A stretch of DNA of 14,765 nt. Origin: Octopus sinensis. Its lineage: Eukaryota. A program made the translations under genes and the position numbers. Under the pieces are notes generated by a model. That model was not told where the DNA came from. It searched no databases and saw only the letters and a list, made by a program, of their open reading frames with translations. The DNA lies in contig NW_021825758.1 in NCBI RefSeq assembly GCF_006345805.1, positions 1 through 14,765 of the forward strand, given 5' to 3'. Position 1 is the first letter of the stretch, and every line of letters starts with the position of its first letter. Positions 10,987-14,765 of this stretch are shown piece after piece.

Positions 10987-11255
10987 TAATAATAATAATA
11001 ATGATAATAATGATAATAATAATAATAATAATAATTATAATAATGATAATAATAATGATAATAATAAAAGTAACAACAATAATAATAATAAAAGTAACAA
11101 TAATAATAATAATAATAATAATAATAAAGGTAACAATAATAATAATAATAAAAGTAACAATAATAATAATAAAATAATATATAATAATAATAATATAATA
11201 ATGATAATAATAATAATGATAATAATAATAATAATAATAATAATCATATAATAAT

Positions 11256-11287
<32 letters not shown>

Positions 11288-11292
11288 AATTA

Positions 11293-11324
<32 letters not shown>

Positions 11325-11553
11325 TAATGATAATAATAATGATAATAATAATAATATAATGATAAAAGTAACAATAATAATAATAATAAAAGTAACAATA
11401 ATAATAATAATAATAATAAAAATAACAATAATAATAATAATAATAATATAATAATAATAATAATATAATGATAATAATAATAATAATAATAATAATCATG
11501 ATAATAATAATAATATAATAATAATAATAATAATCATAATAATAATAATAATG

Positions 11554-11604
<51 letters not shown>

Positions 11605-11663
11605 TAATATAATCATGATAATAATATAATAATAATAATAATAATATAATAATAATAATAATG

Positions 11664-11723
<60 letters not shown>

Positions 11724-11738
11724 GTAACAATAATAACA
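10987..11738. repeat. About 750-bp (AAT)n array with recurring AAAGTAACAA and ATCATGAT variants
   Basis: Direct inspection. Confidence 0.96.
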
Positions 11739-11996
11739 ATGGGAACAGTAAGCAAAGATATAGACAAGTGACGGAAGGGGACTGAAATAGAATACCCGGT
11801 AGAACTCCCAAAGAAAGTTTGTCCCTTCGGGACAGCAAGAATTATCAGGAAAGACTGGATTATCCATTGAAAGACTGCTGAAAACTTGTGGCTACCTAAG
11901 TCTACAGGTAGTAGTAACCCGGTACCCACATAGTTCCTACCAGGAATAGCACTAAACCTGTTCTAAACCAAAATGATAATAATAGTAATAATAATC
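11739..11996 (+). mobile_element. 5'-truncated 3' end of an R4/Dong-like non-LTR retrotransposon (restriction-like endonuclease C-terminus, 3'UTR, TAA tail), inactivated
   Basis: 11739-11870 translates to MGTVSKDIDK*RKGTEIEYPVELPKKVCPFGTARIIRKDWIIH*. This resembles the recalled LGTV…KW…I…LQK…LLGTARI(I/L)RKVL terminus of R4/Dong ORFs, with TGA at the Trp position. Flanked by AAT repeats on both sides. Confidence 0.72.
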
Positions 11997-12150
11997 TTTT
12001 CTAGTATAGGTTCATTGCCGGGAAATTTTGTGCGAAGGGGCTAGTCGACCGCATCGACTGCAGTGCTCGACAGCTACTTATTTTATCGACTCCAAACGTA
12101 TAAAGACTAAAATTGACTCCAGCGGAATATGAACCCAGTAAACATAGACA
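11997..12150 (-). mobile_element. 5'-truncated, diverged GGCGGCGAGCTGG-family SINE, 3' type A
   Basis: Reverse complement GTCTGTCTATGTTTACTGGGTTCATATTCCGCTGG…GTCGATAAAATAAG…GTCGACTAGCCCC…CCTATACTAGAAAAGATTATT. Same 3' end type as 3487-3704. Confidence 0.78.
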
Positions 12151-12179
12151 GACAGGTATATATATATATATATATATAT

Positions 12180-12398
12180 GAATAAATGAAAAGAATGGAG
12201 TCGAACGAAGATTTTAACAAAATTCCTTTACTTTCGACATATGTTTCGAAGACTGCATACTCTTAATTCCGAAGGAATGAAGGTTGCACGGGGTCCGGCC
12301 CTTGGCATGTAACTTCAACCGTGTTTTACTGACGTCAATTTGCTACCCAGGTATCGATTAACTGAATTATCCATACTAGGATAATTCATTCATCTACT
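12180..12398. mobile_element. Unclassified interspersed repeat, possibly a Penelope-like terminal region
   Basis: TTTACTTTCGACATATGTTTCG resembles Penelope-like terminal motifs. Contains a perfect TGACGTCA and a 10-bp hairpin, and is bounded by (TA)n on both sides. Based on recollection only. Confidence 0.3.
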
Positions 12399-12399
12399 T

Positions 12400-12410
12400 A
12401 TATATATAGC

Positions 12411-12449
<39 letters not shown>

Positions 12450-12481
12450 CGATAGATAGATAGGTAGATAGATAGATAGAT

Positions 12482-12516
<35 letters not shown>
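12400..12516. repeat. (TA)n(GA)n(GATA)n compound microsatellite
   Basis: Direct inspection. Confidence 0.95.
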
Positions 12517-12543
12517 GTCTCTTTATCTCTTTATCGTCTAGAC

Positions 12544-12736
12544 CAGTGGTTTTCAACCAGGGTTCCGCCAGCACAGTCCAGGGGTTCCGCAAGAAGTTAC
12601 AAAAATCGACAGTAATTTTTAATTCTCCTGTGCAGATATGTGTGCCTAAGACAATTAAATTATTGCACAGGGGTTCCTCGAGCCAGTGAAATGTTTTCTT
12701 GGGGTTCCGCTCCAGCAAAAAGTTTGAAAAGCACTG
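12544..12736. mobile_element. Complete 193-bp non-autonomous hAT (Charlie-type) MITE
   Basis: TIRs CAGTGGTTTTCAA (12544-12556) and TTGAAAAGCACTG (12724-12736), with 1 mismatch in 13. Perfect 8-bp TSD GTCTAGAC (12536-12543 and 12737-12744), matching the NTCTAGAN target preference of Charlie-type hATs. Confidence 0.93.
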
Positions 12737-12749
12737 GTCTAGACTTTCA

Positions 12750-13575
12750 AATTTTACCCATTACTGTATAAGGACACTAGGCAGACGTTATGCATCTTCT
12801 ATTGGGCCCCGATTTGTTAAACTGTGCCGTCTTTTCATCATCCAAGTAGTCTCTCCGAATTTTTTGGATTCCATTCAACAGCTGCATGGGTCTACCCATC
12901 TATTTTCTGTGAATCTGACAAAGTGTTCGACCCAGCAGAATTTGTACTTTCGGTATTCCAAAATCACTGAGTTCACTCAACCCTGTTGATGAGATTTCTC
13001 GCTTGAGACATGCTCCCGCAACGGTATTCCTAGCATGGCGGCGAGCTGGCTGAAACGTTAGCACGCCGGGCGAGATGCTTAGTGGTATTTCGTCTGCCGT
13101 TACGTTGTGAGTTCAAATTCCGCCGAGGTCGACTTTGCCTTTCATCCTTTCGGGGTCGATAAATTAAGTACCAGTTACGCACTGGGGTCGATGTAATCGA
13201 CTTAATACCTATGTCTGTCCTTGTTTGTCCCCCTCTATGTTTAGCCCCTTGTGGGTAATAAAGAAATAGGTATTCCTAGCATGGATATTTCCCAGGAATT
13301 TTGCTTCGTAACCAGTCGTTGTTTGTTCTTCCTTCTTAATTGTTGTCCGTGTTTCAGTTGCATATAACAGAGCAAGTCGGACGGGGTTGCAGACGAGAAA
13401 GCCATTCAAGATCTTGTCCAGCTAAGAGTTGAGCACCTCTTCGATCGAGACATATGCCTTCTGCCCTGATTTTAACTCTGAGCGAAATTACTGCGTTCCT
13501 GTCTCTGCTCTCTGCATATATTCATTGTCATTCCCAGAAAACCTACTCCCCTTCCTCCTCCGTTCCTTCGCTTTC
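12750..13575 (-). mobile_element. Decayed RTE-clade LINE fragment (ORF C-terminal to the RT core), with stops and frameshifts, interrupted by a SINE
   Basis: After removing the SINE and one TSD copy, the minus strand reads …KAYVSIEEVLNS*LDK…PVRLALLYATETRTTIKKEEQ / RLVTKQNSWEISMLGIPLREHVSSE…EYRKYKFCWVEHFVRFTENRW / THAAVEWNPK. This matches the RTE motifs P.LLYA.ETW, MLGISLR.H, W.GHV.R…RW…EW.P. Boundaries are approximate. Confidence 0.85.
13037..13268 (+). mobile_element. Full-length young SINE (3' type B) nested in the RTE LINE
   Basis: Flanked by GGTATTCCTAGCAT(GG) at 13023-13036(38) and 13269-13282(84), a 14-16 bp TSD. B-box GAGTTCAAATTCC. Confidence 0.94.
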
Positions 13576-13612
13576 CACCGCTATTCGGTCGTGTGCTATG
13601 TTTGCGGGTCAC

Positions 13613-13681
13613 ATGTATGTATGAATGTATGTATGTATGTATGTATGTATGTATGATGTATGTATGTATGTATGTATGTAT

Positions 13682-13761
<80 letters not shown>

Positions 13762-13918
13762 GTATGTATGTACGTATGTATGCACGTATATATGTACGTA
13801 CGCATGTAGGTATGTAAAAATACATATTAAATATACATATATATATATATGCGTGTGTGTATAAACATATGAATTTAAATAAATACACATAAATTATATA
13901 TACAAATACTATATATAT

Positions 13919-13960
<42 letters not shown>
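13613..13960. repeat. Compound (TATG)n/(ATT)n/(TA)n microsatellite block
   Basis: Direct inspection. Confidence 0.94.
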
Positions 13961-13962
<2 letters not shown>

Positions 13963-14029
13963 AATGTGTGTATGTATTTTTACGTGGGGGAGAGGTGTAT
14001 GTGGTCATATATATACCTCTATACATACT

Positions 14030-14032
14030 CAT

Positions 14033-14068
<36 letters not shown>

Positions 14069-14090
14069 GTTCGCGTATACAGACACACGC
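14030..14090. repeat. (CA)n microsatellite
   Basis: Direct inspection. Confidence 0.93.
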
Positions 14091-14333
14091 ATATTGTTAA
14101 TACATATGTAATAATGCCGACTGTCCAGACTGTATGACACGGTCCGTTGCCGTTAGAGTGTGTGGTGTCTAAAGCCAAGTGGTGTGCACTGAGGTGCATA
14201 GCTATAGTGACAGTGTAACCAATCAACGGTGACATATGTGGAACTCTAATAACAGACTTTGCAGAAGATTTCTTAACGTCTTCTCATAGATTTTAGTTCT
14301 TACCTACTGATTCGTTATTCAACCGTGTATCAT

Positions 14334-14334
<1 letters not shown>

Positions 14335-14375
<41 letters not shown>

Positions 14376-14765
14376 TCCTAGCTCTGACTCCTAATTCTGT
14401 ATCATTGTCTATGTATATGAATCTATGAGTGCAGGTGCGTGTGTACCAGTTTATATGTGTGCGTCTGTGTTTCTGTGAATCTCTGTTTCTTAGCTTGTGT
14501 GTCTCTGTGTCTGTGTGTTCTGATAGACTTACCAAGTGATTGGTCATTCATCTGTATTGTTTGTATGTGTGTATATGTGTGTATAAGACAGCGAGAGAGA
14601 GCGAGAGAGAGAGAGGGAGAGAGAGAGTTCACGCGTGTGTACGTGTGTGCGTGTGTGTGTGTGTGTGAGTAAGAGTGTGTGTATGTGTGTACTTGTGTAA
14701 GAGTGTGTGTTTAAGAGTGTTTGTGAGCGTATGAGAGTGTGCGCGTATGTGTTTGTGTATGTATG
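14335..14765. repeat. (GT)n, (GA)n and degenerate GT-rich repeats
   Basis: Direct inspection. Pure (GT)n at 14335-14372 and (GA)n near 14590-14627. Confidence 0.88.

Overview
This is non-coding, repeat-saturated animal genomic DNA, not prokaryotic or viral. The SINE families and AT-rich microsatellite density point to a coleoid cephalopod, most likely Octopus (inferred from recalled repeat families, not a database search). Roughly half the window is simple or compound repeat ((TATG)n, (TA)n, (CA)n, (AAT/GAT)n), and most ORFs in the supplied track are translations of these. Supported mobile elements: several tRNA-derived SINEs in both orientations; a decayed RTE-clade LINE (minus, about 12750-13575) carrying a younger nested SINE with a 14-16 bp target-site duplication (TSD); a complete 193-bp Charlie-type hAT MITE with terminal inverted repeats (TIRs) and an 8-bp GTCTAGAC TSD; the 3' end of an R4/Dong-like LINE embedded in a (TAA)n array; and two near-identical copies of an unclassified 445-bp AAT-tailed element forming a 699-bp tandem duplication. 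No complete gene is recognisable. Low-confidence gene signals on the plus strand are an 18-nt microexon (7661-7678) and a possible 5'UTR plus first coding exon (9896-10000). I found no convincing new biological system. The best leads are the TAA-microsatellite-associated retroposons and the microexon candidate.
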